Shown here in pieces: positions 51,116-60,325 of a stretch of DNA of 64,000 bases. This DNA is from Escherichia phage BB1, in sequence record NC_106597.1. One strand, 5' to 3'. Positions within the stretch are counted from its first letter, which is position 1. Every line of letters begins with the position of its first letter. The translations under genes were made by a program, and so were the position numbers. The notes beneath the pieces were generated by a model. It had not been told where the DNA came from. It saw nothing but the letters and a program-made list of their open reading frames with translations, and made no database searches.

Positions 51116-51398
51116 CTACTTATTTTATAAAATAAATTAATTGACTTTTATCTGTTAGTATGCATCGGAAAGATAGCAGACTAATAATTGCTAGGATGAT
51201 AATCATGCTGGTGGATTGTAACGGCTTAAATTATTAGCAGACTATTAATCACGGAAAATCTCATTAGCCAACTAACTATTTCATGATATATAATATACTT
51301 ATAAATTAATGAGAAATAATAATTATAATAAATAATAACTACAGTAAATAATAACTATAAGAAACTATCGGCCTAAGTGAGAACCACTATCATTTAAG

Positions 51399-51505
51399 TT
51401 ATTCACAACGTTATCCACAGCACAAAATAATTTGACACGATAGGCGGCGATATAAGGACTTTTGCACAGACTTATCCACAGGTTATTCCACTGTATAAAT
51501 ATACA
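51399..51505. promoter_or_regulatory. three direct DnaA-box-like sites plus CTGTATAAATATACA motif
   Basis: TTATTCACA, TTATCCACA (51411-51419), TTATCCACA (51472-51480), motif at 51491-51505. Confidence 0.55.
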
Positions 51506-51773
51506 AGGTAAAAAGGTAGTGTTAACAACTGCAATCAATTTTGAGCGGCCTAAATCGCATTCTAACGAGCTAAACGCTGCGGAGTAATATTAAAGTAAAG
51601 CCTTAATGCGGCGGCCTGGTGGCTTCACCGTGTTTTGCTCTTTATTACACCGCTGCGCGGTTAGCATAAAATTAGACGCTAGGCAAGGAAAATAAAAAGG
51701 TAAAATAATATTTGCCTATGCTAGAAAATTACCTTTATCATTCACTCACCGATTAACGAGGGAGGCCGAACAA

Positions 51774-52769
51774 ATGAGGCTGTATAAACCAGATAACGCA
51801 ACCGTCTTAAAAGGTGCATTGCGCAACCTGCTGGAGGGTAGCAAGTCAACCAGCATTAAACATTTTATTAACAAGGCTGAAACTATTCATCAAAACTTTT
51901 TTGATGATTATGACGGTTATGATATAGATAGTTTTCTACCACTATATAAGCAAGGGGCAACGCTTGTTTTATATAACCGTGATTGCCATATCTTTACAGG
52001 CAGGGGAGCGGGGCCGGATGCCGATTTTATTATTGCGCAGGGCAATAATATTGTTGCGTATCATAGCAATTCAGGCCGTCAATCATTTAATATAAATGGT
52101 TTTGAGCTTATTGGACTTGATCTGATAAATGGACTTTCTAGTATTGAGGGATTTTTAAATGTTATCTGGAAGTATTTACCCGCTGGATGGCATAAGCCGG
52201 ATAATGACGGATCTCAATATACCGCTATAATGGCTTTTGATGGCGACGGTAATTTTTTGTTACCACGGGAGCTATACCCGTATATTTATGATGGGGATAT
52301 TGAAAGCGCTGGTTTTTCTTTCTGGAAAGATGAAGATCAGATTATTGACAGTATAGAAAACCATGCTGTAAATTCTAACACTCAAACTACTGAAAACAAA
52401 GGAAAAAATACCATGACTAAGATTGCTAACATCGTTGCCGCTAATAAATCCGCTGTTGTAAATGCTGCAAAACTGGAGGCGGGTAAAATTGCATTAACTC
52501 AAATCACGAAAGTAGCGGCTAAAAAAGCGCCGTTTATGATTAAAGGTTATATTGATACGCCGATTGGTCGTGTAGTGATCGCTAACCTGCTAAGTGTAGC
52601 GGTTGACCAGTACGCACCGAGTAACCAAAAGGCGAAAGCGGTAGCAGGTGCAGCTATGGAGGCGGCAATGTTGGAAATGGTGCAAAGTTTTAACATCGCT
52701 GAAATGATTGATGAAATGGTAAAAGGTATTGATATTTCTACTTTTACCACTAGCACCGAAAGCGAGTAA
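51774..52769 (+). CDS. hypothetical protein
   Basis: 331-aa ORF with GAGGGAGG RBS; followed by GC hairpin. Confidence 0.5.
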   Translation: MRLYKPDNATVLKGALRNLLEGSKSTSIKHFINKAETIHQNFFDDYDGYDIDSFLPLYKQGATLVLYNRDCHIFTGRGAGPDADFIIAQGNNIVAYHSNSGRQSFNINGFELIGLDLINGLSSIEGFLNVIWKYLPAGWHKPDNDGSQYTAIMAFDGDGNFLLPRELYPYIYDGDIESAGFSFWKDEDQIIDSIENHAVNSNTQTTENKGKNTMTKIANIVAANKSAVVNAAKLEAGKIALTQITKVAAKKAPFMIKGYIDTPIGRVVIANLLSVAVDQYAPSNQKAKAVAGAAMEAAMLEMVQSFNIAEMIDEMVKGIDISTFTTSTESE

Positions 52770-52834
52770 TAATAACTAGCGGGGATTATTTCCCCGCTTT
52801 ACTATTCCCTTGTTAACTAATAGGAGGCTAATAA

Positions 52835-53329
52835 ATGGCTGAGGAAAAATACGGCTTCTCGCTAGGGGAAGTGAGCACGGCTAAACACGATATGATCATT
52901 TTAGTCGATTGTCATACAGGTTATTGCGGAGAAGGTTGGACGGAGGAACATTTTGTTCCTGCTGGTACGGATCTGGACGCTTTCGCTCATGAAATGGCTG
53001 TTGATAATGCTTCTCGTTTTGGTAGCGATGGCTATGAAGACGAAGAAACTGGCGAATGGTATGAAAATGAAAACGTATATGCAAGCCTTTATCATTATCA
53101 ATTAAGTAAATCCGGCACATATGTAAACGGCGGCGATCCTATTAATTCCGTCATGAAATTAATTATTAAACATGGTGGCGTCGAGATAATTGATAACAAA
53201 GCGGTAATATATGCAAACCGATTAAAACAGCTTATTTATATTCCTGATAGTACCCGATGGGAGGAATATGCTGTTTTGCATGACGAATTAAAACGATGTT
53301 TCAATATTGAAGCCTTACAAGTAGTCTAA
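52835..53329 (+). CDS. hypothetical acidic protein
   Basis: 164-aa ORF with AGGAGG RBS; followed by terminator-like hairpin. Confidence 0.5.
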   Translation: MAEEKYGFSLGEVSTAKHDMIILVDCHTGYCGEGWTEEHFVPAGTDLDAFAHEMAVDNASRFGSDGYEDEETGEWYENENVYASLYHYQLSKSGTYVNGGDPINSVMKLIIKHGGVEIIDNKAVIYANRLKQLIYIPDSTRWEEYAVLHDELKRCFNIEALQVV

Positions 53330-53342
53330 TGTAAAGTTTTGT

Positions 53343-53371
53343 AAAGGTCGCCTTTTATGGTGGCCTTTTTT
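53343..53371 (+). terminator. terminator-like hairpin with G-U wobbles
   Basis: AAAGGTCGCC-TTTTAT-GGTGGCCTTT then T-run. Confidence 0.4.
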
Positions 53372-53434
53372 GTTATAATGCCTTTACACCAAAACGGTGG
53401 ATTGAAAATTTTCCCAAAAATTTGGAGGCTTAAA

Positions 53435-53665
53435 ATGGTTGCTTATTCTTCTGCTAGTCATCTGTTTACCGCGCAAGGCTGGGTATCTAATCGTGCTGTC
53501 ATCTATGAAATGGTGCAGGAGTTCGGCATTGCTAAAACCTATAATACCATTCAGGAACTATATAACGCCGATAAAATCGATCAGCAAACGGCTGGCTTTT
53601 TGCTGGATACCCTGAAAGCTGAACATTGCACTAAAAAACAAGCCGCTAAAATTGTTTTAATGTAA
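53435..53665 (+). CDS. hypothetical small protein
   Basis: Start moved to ATG 53435 (GGAGG RBS); track ORF starts 53357. Confidence 0.45.
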   Translation: MVAYSSASHLFTAQGWVSNRAVIYEMVQEFGIAKTYNTIQELYNADKIDQQTAGFLLDTLKAEHCTKKQAAKIVLM

Positions 53666-53714
53666 TTAATAACGGGGCGATACTTTCGCCCCGATAACTA
53701 GGAGGCTATCACAA

Positions 53715-53864
53715 ATGGTTATTTTTCGATCTATTTTAGCGGGTATCTTGGGCGCTATTTTATCGTTATTTGCGATAGCTTTCGGCGTTCACGCTGTTAT
53801 TATTGGCGCTGGCATTGCCGTATTTTCTTATCTGTTAGGCTGCATGACTAGTAAAGGAGAATAA
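53715..53864 (+). CDS. small hydrophobic membrane peptide (49 aa; not in supplied track)
   Basis: ATG preceded by AGGAGG; translation MVIFRSILAGILGAILSLFAIAFGVHAVIIGAGIAVFSYLLGCMTSKGE. Confidence 0.45.
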   Translation: MVIFRSILAGILGAILSLFAIAFGVHAVIIGAGIAVFSYLLGCMTSKGE

Positions 53865-53866
53865 AA

Positions 53867-54079
53867 ATGATTCGTAACGTTTCCCTTGCACGTTCGAAAG
53901 GCTTTAAGCTGGTGGATGTAAACACGTTTGAGCGGGAAGATTGTAAAATCGAATATGTAGCACGTAACAAAAATGCCTTTCGTGTTACCGAGAAAAAATT
54001 CGACAAGCGCGGCAACGTGATAGCTGAAACAGTTAAACATTTTGCCACCTTTTATGCTGCCTTTCGTGGGGTGTTATAA
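53867..54079 (+). CDS. hypothetical small protein
   Basis: ORF with AAAGGAG RBS. Confidence 0.45.
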   Translation: MIRNVSLARSKGFKLVDVNTFEREDCKIEYVARNKNAFRVTEKKFDKRGNVIAETVKHFATFYAAFRGVL

Positions 54080-54080
54080 A

Positions 54081-54425
54081 ATGGTTATTTATGAAGGCAA
54101 TCGCTTTGTTGCTAATTGCCGTCCGGCATTATTAGCAAACTATTTAAATCAGCTTTCCCCAGCCTATAAGGGCGTTATTAATATTTATGAGGGCAAGGCG
54201 CATTATAAAATTAATGCGGTCGTTGCCCGTGAACTAGCGTTTCAATTTTTGACTTTTGCATCTTGTGACGTTCAGGTTATGGGGGAAGCATTAATTGCAG
54301 AAAATGAAGAGGATTTTATTAATATTTTCCGTAAGGTATGCACTGAGCGCTTGATAATGAAAGGCGCGTATATTCAATCAACTGCGGAAAGTATTGAAAC
54401 AGCATTTCGAAAGGTGGCGCAATGA
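54081..54425 (+). CDS. hypothetical protein
   Basis: Start moved to Met14 of track ORF 54042..54425 to remove overlap. Confidence 0.4.
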   Translation: MVIYEGNRFVANCRPALLANYLNQLSPAYKGVINIYEGKAHYKINAVVARELAFQFLTFASCDVQVMGEALIAENEEDFINIFRKVCTERLIMKGAYIQSTAESIETAFRKVAQ

Positions 54426-54491
54426 AATTATATATTTTCGTTGGTAATAGTAAGGCCGCTATTGGCAAAAATATATTTACTAGTGGTTATT

Positions 54492-54686
54492 ATGAGCAAT
54501 AAAATTATTGTTACCAAAACCAGTACAATGGTTGATGTTTTTTACGTTCCCGATACGCCGGAAAACCGACAAGCGGTCGAGCGTGGCGAGTATGATAAAG
54601 TGATTTATGATCACGATGGTTATTATCAACATTTGGTGGATTCCTACGGGGAGGAGGAAAAAATCACGCACCGACTACCAGACTAA
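54492..54686 (+). CDS. hypothetical small protein
   Basis: Start moved to internal Met (MSNKIIVTK); last gene before the repeat block. Confidence 0.35.
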   Translation: MSNKIIVTKTSTMVDVFYVPDTPENRQAVERGEYDKVIYDHDGYYQHLVDSYGEEEKITHRLPD

Positions 54687-54726
54687 TAATCACAGGGCAC
54701 AACTACTAGGAAGTGCCCCCCAATTC

Positions 54727-54751
54727 TCAAATGAGAATGATTCTCATTTGA
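54727..54751. repeat. perfect 25-bp palindrome
   Basis: TCAAATGAGAAT-G-ATTCTCATTTGA. Confidence 0.6.
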
Positions 54752-54944
54752 CCGCGCCCGAGATGGTTAGCCTGCTAATGGTTAGGGTGTTACGTGTCGC
54801 CTTGTGTGATCGTTAGCGAGCTAACCAATTTTTAAGCCTCCTCCAATTTTGCCATTGTTTTAGTATCCCCGCCAAAATTAAACGCGTTAGAATGCGATCT
54901 AGGACGTTTTAACGCTATATTAGAACTATTCACTGCGCAGGAAT

Positions 54945-55053
54945 ACTGTATAAATATACAGTAGGATAAGCTGTGGATAAGTCTGTTAATAACGCCTCAA
55001 AATGGCTAGGATTCTGTCAAGTCAAATCGTGCTGTTAATAAGTCTGTGGATAA
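54945..55053. promoter_or_regulatory. two DnaA-box-like sites in opposite orientation plus palindrome ACTGTATAAATATACAGT
   Basis: Palindrome 54945-54962; TGTGGATAA at 54972-54980 and 55045-55053. Confidence 0.55.
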
Positions 55054-55079
55054 CTTAAATAACAGTGTTTCTCACTTCC

Positions 55080-55260
55080 ATTCTTAAATGCAAATTATTA
55101 TCATTTGTATTTCACTATCTAACTAATAATCATTTCACTTTTTAAATGAGAATCGTTTCACTTCCTGAATAATTTTCATTTCACTTTTTAAATGCGAATG
55201 ATTCTCATTATCATTCCGCTTTTTAAATGCGAATTATTATCATTATCATTCGCATTCAGG
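55080..55260. repeat. degenerate tandem repeats of a ~30-bp unit containing TTTAAATG(A/C)GAAT
   Basis: At least four copies read directly. Confidence 0.55.
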
Positions 55261-55264
55261 CTAG

Positions 55265-55280
55265 CAGGGCAATTGCCCTG
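55265..55280. repeat. perfect 16-bp palindrome CAGGGCAATTGCCCTG
   Basis: Read directly. Confidence 0.6.
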
Positions 55281-55287
55281 CGCTTTT

Positions 55288-55886
55288 GTGCAAATCCGAC
55301 ATTGCTCCATGGGTGTTACGTGCGGGCGTGTATGTGCGAATCCGACAATTTTTGGTAGTGTGCAAATCCGACCCGAAAAATTTTTATAGTGTGCAAATCC
55401 GACAATGAATTTTCCTAAAAACTCCAGCAATCACGAACTGCGTTCGAATCCTGTGGGGTATGTGCAAATCCGACATGGTTTTTCTAGGATTAAGATGTGC
55501 GAATCCGACAAGATTTTTGTGACTTCGATTGGAGGGTGTGTGATTGTGTGAGTTTGGGGAGAAGTTGAAAGAGTGAGAGAAATTTGGGGGAACTGCGGGA
55601 GGGGTGCATGTTTGGTGCGGAGCACCTGATTTGCGGGGATTTTGTGGAAGAGTTGAGAAGATTTGGGTTAATTTGAGATAAGTGCAGATAAAGTAAAATT
55701 TTATTAGCTAAATGGGGCAAAATAGCTTGACAAGTGAAAATTTCTGTGGCTCCAAAAACTCAGGCAATCATGGGCCTTCGGCCCGAAATAATGCTGCCGT
55801 TTTCAGGAGATTATATGTTCCTAAAAACTTAGGCAATTGTGCAAATCCGACCAGTTTTTAAACTCTTGTCAGTGTGCAAATCCGAC
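55288..55886. repeat. eight direct copies of 13-mer GTGC(A/G)AATCCGAC, irregular spacing
   Basis: Copies start near 55288, 55334, 55360, 55391, 55462, 55497, 55839, 55874. Confidence 0.7.
55500..55700. other. C-depleted G/T/A-rich tract (~200 bp) with strong strand asymmetry
   Basis: Almost no C on + strand; GGGG/GTGTG runs. Confidence 0.5.
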
Positions 55887-55926
55887 AGTAATTTCTAGAA
55901 ATGTGTTTTGGAAAAATGTCTTCTAG

Positions 55927-55968
55927 AAATAACCGCCCTCCCAATAACCGCCCTGTATTAACCGCCTA
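55927..55968. repeat. three closely spaced direct repeats (A/T)TAACCGCC(C)T, iteron-like
   Basis: Copies near 55929, 55945, 55959. Confidence 0.5.
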
Positions 55969-56385
55969 TTGCTGGAGTTTCTAGGAATATGAAAACCGCC
56001 TAAGTTGACTAGAGTTTTCCTAGAAACTTAGGAGTCTAGAAGAAAGTGTTGTGCCATCCTAGCAGATGAGCGGCAACAGGTGTATCATCTTGAACACAAA
56101 TATTGCCTTTAAATATTATAAGGTAAATAAAAGTTAATATACCCCCATTTCATGAGAGTTAGTCCCTCTAGGCGCGTGCGATTTGATACATCCTCCTGAG
56201 TCTCGGGGAGGAAGAACAATTGACGAGAACCTGCGAACAGAACCGTCATCAAGTGTTTTCCTACGAGGAATGATGTAAATCTACGGCCTAGAGGTAAAAA
56301 CAAGTTGATGTTTTTAATCTATGAGATTATTATAACACATTATTCTCACGAATGTCAAGCAAATTTCGTTACTTTTAAATTTTCG

Positions 56386-57114
56386 TCATGAGTTTGGAGT
56401 TGGGTAAATTTTTATGCAACCTTGACTTAATAGATATTTTTCTGCCTCTACAGCTTTAATATTGAATATCTCTTTTGCTCCATCGAATTTATAATGATTA
56501 GCAAATTTATTCTCGAAAAATTTATGTGCTTGGTGTTCTATTTTGTAAGCAAGTTCTTTCGATCCTTTCTTGTACTGGTAGATACCAAATACTTCCATAT
56601 CTTCAAAACCCGGCACACGCAATTTATCATACTCTAGATTCTTAAACCTTTGATGTGGCTCTCTAGAAACCCCAATCTTTGTCTTTAATTTCTTCCTAGA
56701 CTGATCTTTATTAGAGAAGATATAGAGATATGTGGGAAATTGAACATCTTCTTCTACTTCCGGTTTCTCGATAGGTGTATTGAGGTTGCTTTCTCTAGCA
56801 CATTGTAAACAACCGTGCCCATCTAGGTGAGATCTAGCAGTTTGCATAAAGTATCCTTTATGCTTATAGCACCATATCTCTACTAACTGATTGGCTGTCT
56901 TATAATTAACTCTTTCATACCCATACTCTTCTTTCTGGACTTTTAAAGCTTTCCTAATAAAGATAAGGTTTAAGGCCTCTTGTTGGAAGTCAGGGTGAAG
57001 TTGCCTAATCTTCGTTATATTAGTAGAGCCATTTGACTTCAAAAAGTTTTTAAGAGGAAACCTCCTGGCTTCCTCGCGTAGCTTTTTATTAATTTCAGCA
57101 CGTAAATCATCCAT
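56386..57114 (-). CDS. hypothetical protein; possible GIY-YIG-like nuclease-related domain
   Basis: 242-aa ORF; weak resemblance (YLYIFSN...KIGVS) to GIY-YIG patterns, plus Cys/His cluster HLDGHGCLQC. Confidence 0.35.
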   Translation of the reverse strand: MDDLRAEINKKLREEARRFPLKNFLKSNGSTNITKIRQLHPDFQQEALNLIFIRKALKVQKEEYGYERVNYKTANQLVEIWCYKHKGYFMQTARSHLDGHGCLQCARESNLNTPIEKPEVEEDVQFPTYLYIFSNKDQSRKKLKTKIGVSREPHQRFKNLEYDKLRVPGFEDMEVFGIYQYKKGSKELAYKIEHQAHKFFENKFANHYKFDGAKEIFNIKAVEAEKYLLSQGCIKIYPTPNS

Positions 57115-57832
57115 CTTTATTAACCTTTAGAATAACTCCTTTTGACGCCATGAAAAGGAATGTTGCTAAGTAAGATGACTCGGAGTTTAGCGCAGAATAA
57201 TCTACACTTCCTCTAGGTCTAGTTTCTTGTTTAGTGTCAAGAATTGTTGCTATATCAAACTTAACAGACTTTGCAACTTTTCTAGCTTGTTCAGGATCAC
57301 GTAAAATTTCAAAGTGTGCAGCATCTAGAATAGGATTAGATGTTGTTGAGTCGTCAACTATACTTAGATGAACCTGCGCAAGTGTCGATACAATTCCTAG
57401 CTTTAATTCAGATAGAGAAGAATAAGGTGGTTCTACTTTCTTTGTAAGTCTAGGAAGATGATCGTATTTACATTGCTTAGGTGGAATCATCAAAATCTTA
57501 GGATAACATTCTAGGGCTGTCTTTGCACTTCCTTCTTTAAAATGTGGGAGTTCTTTATCAGCAAAGACATGGAATGAATCTGCTGAAAATCCTTTAATAG
57601 TCGGATCAACAGTTTGAATCAGACGACGTATACTAATATAAGAAGGAGCTAACGTAACTTCTTCTGCATCTTTATTATATTTAGGTTGTCCACTAGCATT
57701 AATGTATGCAGGATAGAACTCTGCACAAAATGCCACTGCATGTGCCTCTAACTCATTAAGCTGAGAAACACATTTCCCATTACAAGCTCTAGCTAATTTA
57801 ATAATCTCTGCTAAATTCTTTTTTATACTCAT
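57107..57832 (-). CDS. hypothetical protein
   Basis: ORF in co-oriented early operon. Confidence 0.45.
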   Translation of the reverse strand: MSIKKNLAEIIKLARACNGKCVSQLNELEAHAVAFCAEFYPAYINASGQPKYNKDAEEVTLAPSYISIRRLIQTVDPTIKGFSADSFHVFADKELPHFKEGSAKTALECYPKILMIPPKQCKYDHLPRLTKKVEPPYSSLSELKLGIVSTLAQVHLSIVDDSTTSNPILDAAHFEILRDPEQARKVAKSVKFDIATILDTKQETRPRGSVDYSALNSESSYLATFLFMASKGVILKVNKDG

Positions 57833-58443
57833 TAATTACCTCTCTTATCTTCATTAATAGCAGCTCCCAACGCTTCAAGGATAGTATCACTTATACTCCC
57901 AGGTCTAAGATTATTAAAGTGAGTAACATAGAGGGGACTTTTAAAACCTTCAGCATCCGCAGGTGCTACGCTTCGCATATCAGATTCAAAAGCTTCTTGA
58001 GTATGTTTCAACTGTACAGAAGGGCCGTAATCTTCCCCAAACTTATATGACTTCGTACTACTTACCACACCCCCACAAGGAACATTGTGCATATCCGACA
58101 TTAACCTTTTATCGGAGTTACTCAGCATTGAGATTGTCCCTGACTGCCACGGATCTCTAATAGTTACAGGAGTACTAGGACGGTTAACCTCAGCCTTCAC
58201 TAGTTTGTATCCTGCATCGATCAGTGCATTAATCAGGTTATCAGCCGGGATGCGAGCCGTGCCAAAAATCTTACGAGCATCTTCGAGCTTACCTTCAAGA
58301 TCTTTACATGCTCTAAGGTCAGTGTGTGCAAATGTTAGCTTCATAGATTTGAGTTGTATAGTAGCAGTTAAATCTTTAAAGCTATAATCCCATGTGTTCA
58401 GTTCATGGTCTGGTACTACTTGAATAGGTTGTTGTGTAAACAT
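57832..58443 (-). CDS. hypothetical protein
   Basis: ORF in co-oriented early operon. Confidence 0.45.
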   Translation of the reverse strand: MFTQQPIQVVPDHELNTWDYSFKDLTATIQLKSMKLTFAHTDLRACKDLEGKLEDARKIFGTARIPADNLINALIDAGYKLVKAEVNRPSTPVTIRDPWQSGTISMLSNSDKRLMSDMHNVPCGGVVSSTKSYKFGEDYGPSVQLKHTQEAFESDMRSVAPADAEGFKSPLYVTHFNNLRPGSISDTILEALGAAINEDKRGN

Positions 58444-58628
58444 TATTTATTCTCCAGTTTGTCTAACAGTTTATGTGCTGCTAGATTATATTGTTTAAGT
58501 TCACGATTAAGGATTTGGTTTTCGCACTTTAACTCTAGATTCTTGTTGTTAAGAATGTTGCAGATTAGTAGAAGTGCTAGTATTAGTAACAGAGAACCTA
58601 CGAGCATTAAAAGAAAAAGAGTTTCCAT
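58443..58628 (-). CDS. small type-II-like membrane protein with coiled-coil
   Basis: N-terminal TM helix then charged helix. Confidence 0.35.
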   Translation of the reverse strand: METLFLLMLVGSLLLILALLLICNILNNKNLELKCENQILNRELKQYNLAAHKLLDKLENK

Positions 58629-58861
58629 TATTTGAGCCCTAAGTGCTTTTTAAGCTGTTTAATAAAATCTTCAGGAGTATGGTTTCTATTGCCCTGAACT
58701 ACAAATAACTTCAGAGCTTCATGCTGTAGGTTAAGCCTAGCCTTTTCACCACGTAGTTTTCTGTTATCATCTATAGTCCTATTAAGATCACGAGTCTTTT
58801 TAATAGATATGCTGATTGCAAATAATAGTGCTATTGCAAGAATAATTAATACAATTTCCAC
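58628..58861 (-). CDS. small type-II-like membrane protein with coiled-coil
   Basis: N-terminal TM helix then charged helix. Confidence 0.35.
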   Translation of the reverse strand: MEIVLIILAIALLFAISISIKKTRDLNRTIDDNRKLRGEKARLNLQHEALKLFVVQGNRNHTPEDFIKQLKKHLGLK

Positions 58862-58921
58862 TATAGTCTCCTTTTATATGTACTCAAAAGGCCAGAACAA
58901 CTAAGTCCTGGCCTCCTAAAA

Positions 58922-59293
58922 TTAATGAAGTTGTTTACCACTTCTTAACATAGTGGCCGTTTCCATAAGACCTAGCGTAGCATCACGCTTATTGATCTGT
59001 TTACCAAGTTCATCAGTACGTTTACCGATGTAAGCATTAATAGCCATATTCATAGCTGTAGCGAGATCTTCTTTGGTTATCTCTTCATCGTCTAAAGCTA
59101 ATTTAGCCAAAGAATCAAATGTGCTAGAGAGTCCTATAAGATCTGAGGTTTCTCCAGCCAAAATAGGATTAATGTTATCTACTGTTACTTCTAGCATGGA
59201 GTTGACAATATCTTCACCGTCTATTAGACCAGTTTCAATATTACTCTCCCACTCCTTCATCTGCTCCAATAATGGATTTTTCTTTTCTGTCAT
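58922..59293 (-). CDS. hypothetical protein
   Basis: Start moved to ATG 59293 to limit overlap; terminator-like hairpin downstream. Confidence 0.4.
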   Translation of the reverse strand: MTEKKNPLLEQMKEWESNIETGLIDGEDIVNSMLEVTVDNINPILAGETSDLIGLSSTFDSLAKLALDDEEITKEDLATAMNMAINAYIGKRTDELGKQINKRDATLGLMETATMLRSGKQLH

Positions 59294-59702
59294 GGTAGAG
59301 GTTTCCTGTATCAGTTGGTAAGAAGGACGATTGAGCTTTAGGCGGATGTTGTTTAGCAATCCAGTTAAGAATCAGTACACGACTAGGAACAATATCAGTG
59401 TTGTACCAGAAATCATGAACCCATTGACGAGCATCCTCAAACTTACCAAATTTATACGCTTTCTTAAACAATTCAAACCCAAAACAATCTGGTGTGAAGT
59501 CTACTTCACGATATTGAACTACTTTAGAACCAGTTAGGTCTTGGATCGCTGCATTAATTTCTGTATGCGAGAATTTTGTTTCGTGAAACTTGTTAAAGAA
59601 TCGGTAGTTGAAGCGTCCGTTCGTTTCGACAAACAACTGGATGAAAAGATCGTTAAATTGGTTATCAAACCAGTAATTCTGTAGTTGTTGTAGTGCTGTC
59701 AT
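59241..59702 (-). CDS. hypothetical protein
   Basis: 153-aa ORF. Confidence 0.45.
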   Translation of the reverse strand: MTALQQLQNYWFDNQFNDLFIQLFVETNGRFNYRFFNKFHETKFSHTEINAAIQDLTGSKVVQYREVDFTPDCFGFELFKKAYKFGKFEDARQWVHDFWYNTDIVPSRVLILNWIAKQHPPKAQSSFLPTDTGNLYHDRKEKSIIGADEGVGE

Positions 59703-59899
59703 TTACGAACTCCGTTGATTGCCACGATGATGCCTTCGTACATAAAAGGAAGTAACCCAGAAGTGTAGAAGATATTTTCCGTTATTCCTAGATGTCGAAA
59801 AAGTGTATTAAATAATGCTGTTAGAAATACAATCTGAGGCAGTAATACAAAATACTCAGTTACAATCTTTGGTGCCTGATAAACAAGACGTTTTATCAT
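59699..59899 (-). CDS. small membrane protein
   Basis: 66-aa hydrophobic ORF overlapping the next gene by 4 nt. Confidence 0.3.
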   Translation of the reverse strand: MIKRLVYQAPKIVTEYFVLLPQIVFLTALFNTLFRHLGITENIFYTSGLLPFMYEGIIVAINGVRK

Positions 59900-59998
59900 T
59901 GTTTTTAAGTCTCCTTATTACTTTGGCCTACTCCACAATAATAAAAACTGCAAGCACTAATAGTGCTATTAGCCCCGCAGTAATTGGTACTAAATCAA

Positions 59999-60325
59999 TC
60001 ATGGGAGACGCCATACGTAATTAGCTGTCTGTAGAGTCTTAGCGGTATCATCATGGTACATTACTACAGACTTTGGTGAATAGCTATCAGCTAGTTCTTT
60101 ACGAATCATCTTACATTCTTCACCAGTATCGATATTTTTAACTATCACTTTCATATTAAGGGGTGTTAATACAGAAAGCGGTTTCCAGGAGTCCTCAATT
60201 TCAATTCCTACCTTTTTCTCGATTAACATGAGAACTTCTAGCGTATCATCTGGAATGCTAATATTATTATTCACAAACTGTAGTATCTTATGTAAGGTAT
60301 TTAATTCATTAAAATTAAGCTTCAT
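59999..60325 (-). CDS. hypothetical protein
   Basis: 108-aa ORF. Confidence 0.4.
   Translation of the reverse strand: MKLNFNELNTLHKILQFVNNNISIPDDTLEVLMLIEKKVGIEIEDSWKPLSVLTPLNMKVIVKNIDTGEECKMIRKELADSYSPKSVVMYHDDTAKTLQTANYVWRLP

Noticed and set aside
55441-55460. tRNA T-arm-like GTTCGAATCC
   Set aside because: No acceptor stem, D-arm or anticodon arm could be built around it; it forms a simple CGAAC-TGC-GTTCG hairpin.
55431-55720. ORFs 55431..55625 and 55490..55720 (-)
   Set aside because: Fall in the C-depleted low-complexity tract; translations are artefactual; no RBS.
55288-55886. Possible CRISPR array (eight repeated 13-mers)
   Set aside because: Repeat too short, spacing irregular (26 to 342 bp), no cas genes; consistent with protein-binding sites.
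56109-56303. ORF 56109..56303 (-)
   Set aside because: Overlies the GC-rich structured non-coding segment; no RBS; treated as possible RNA element instead.
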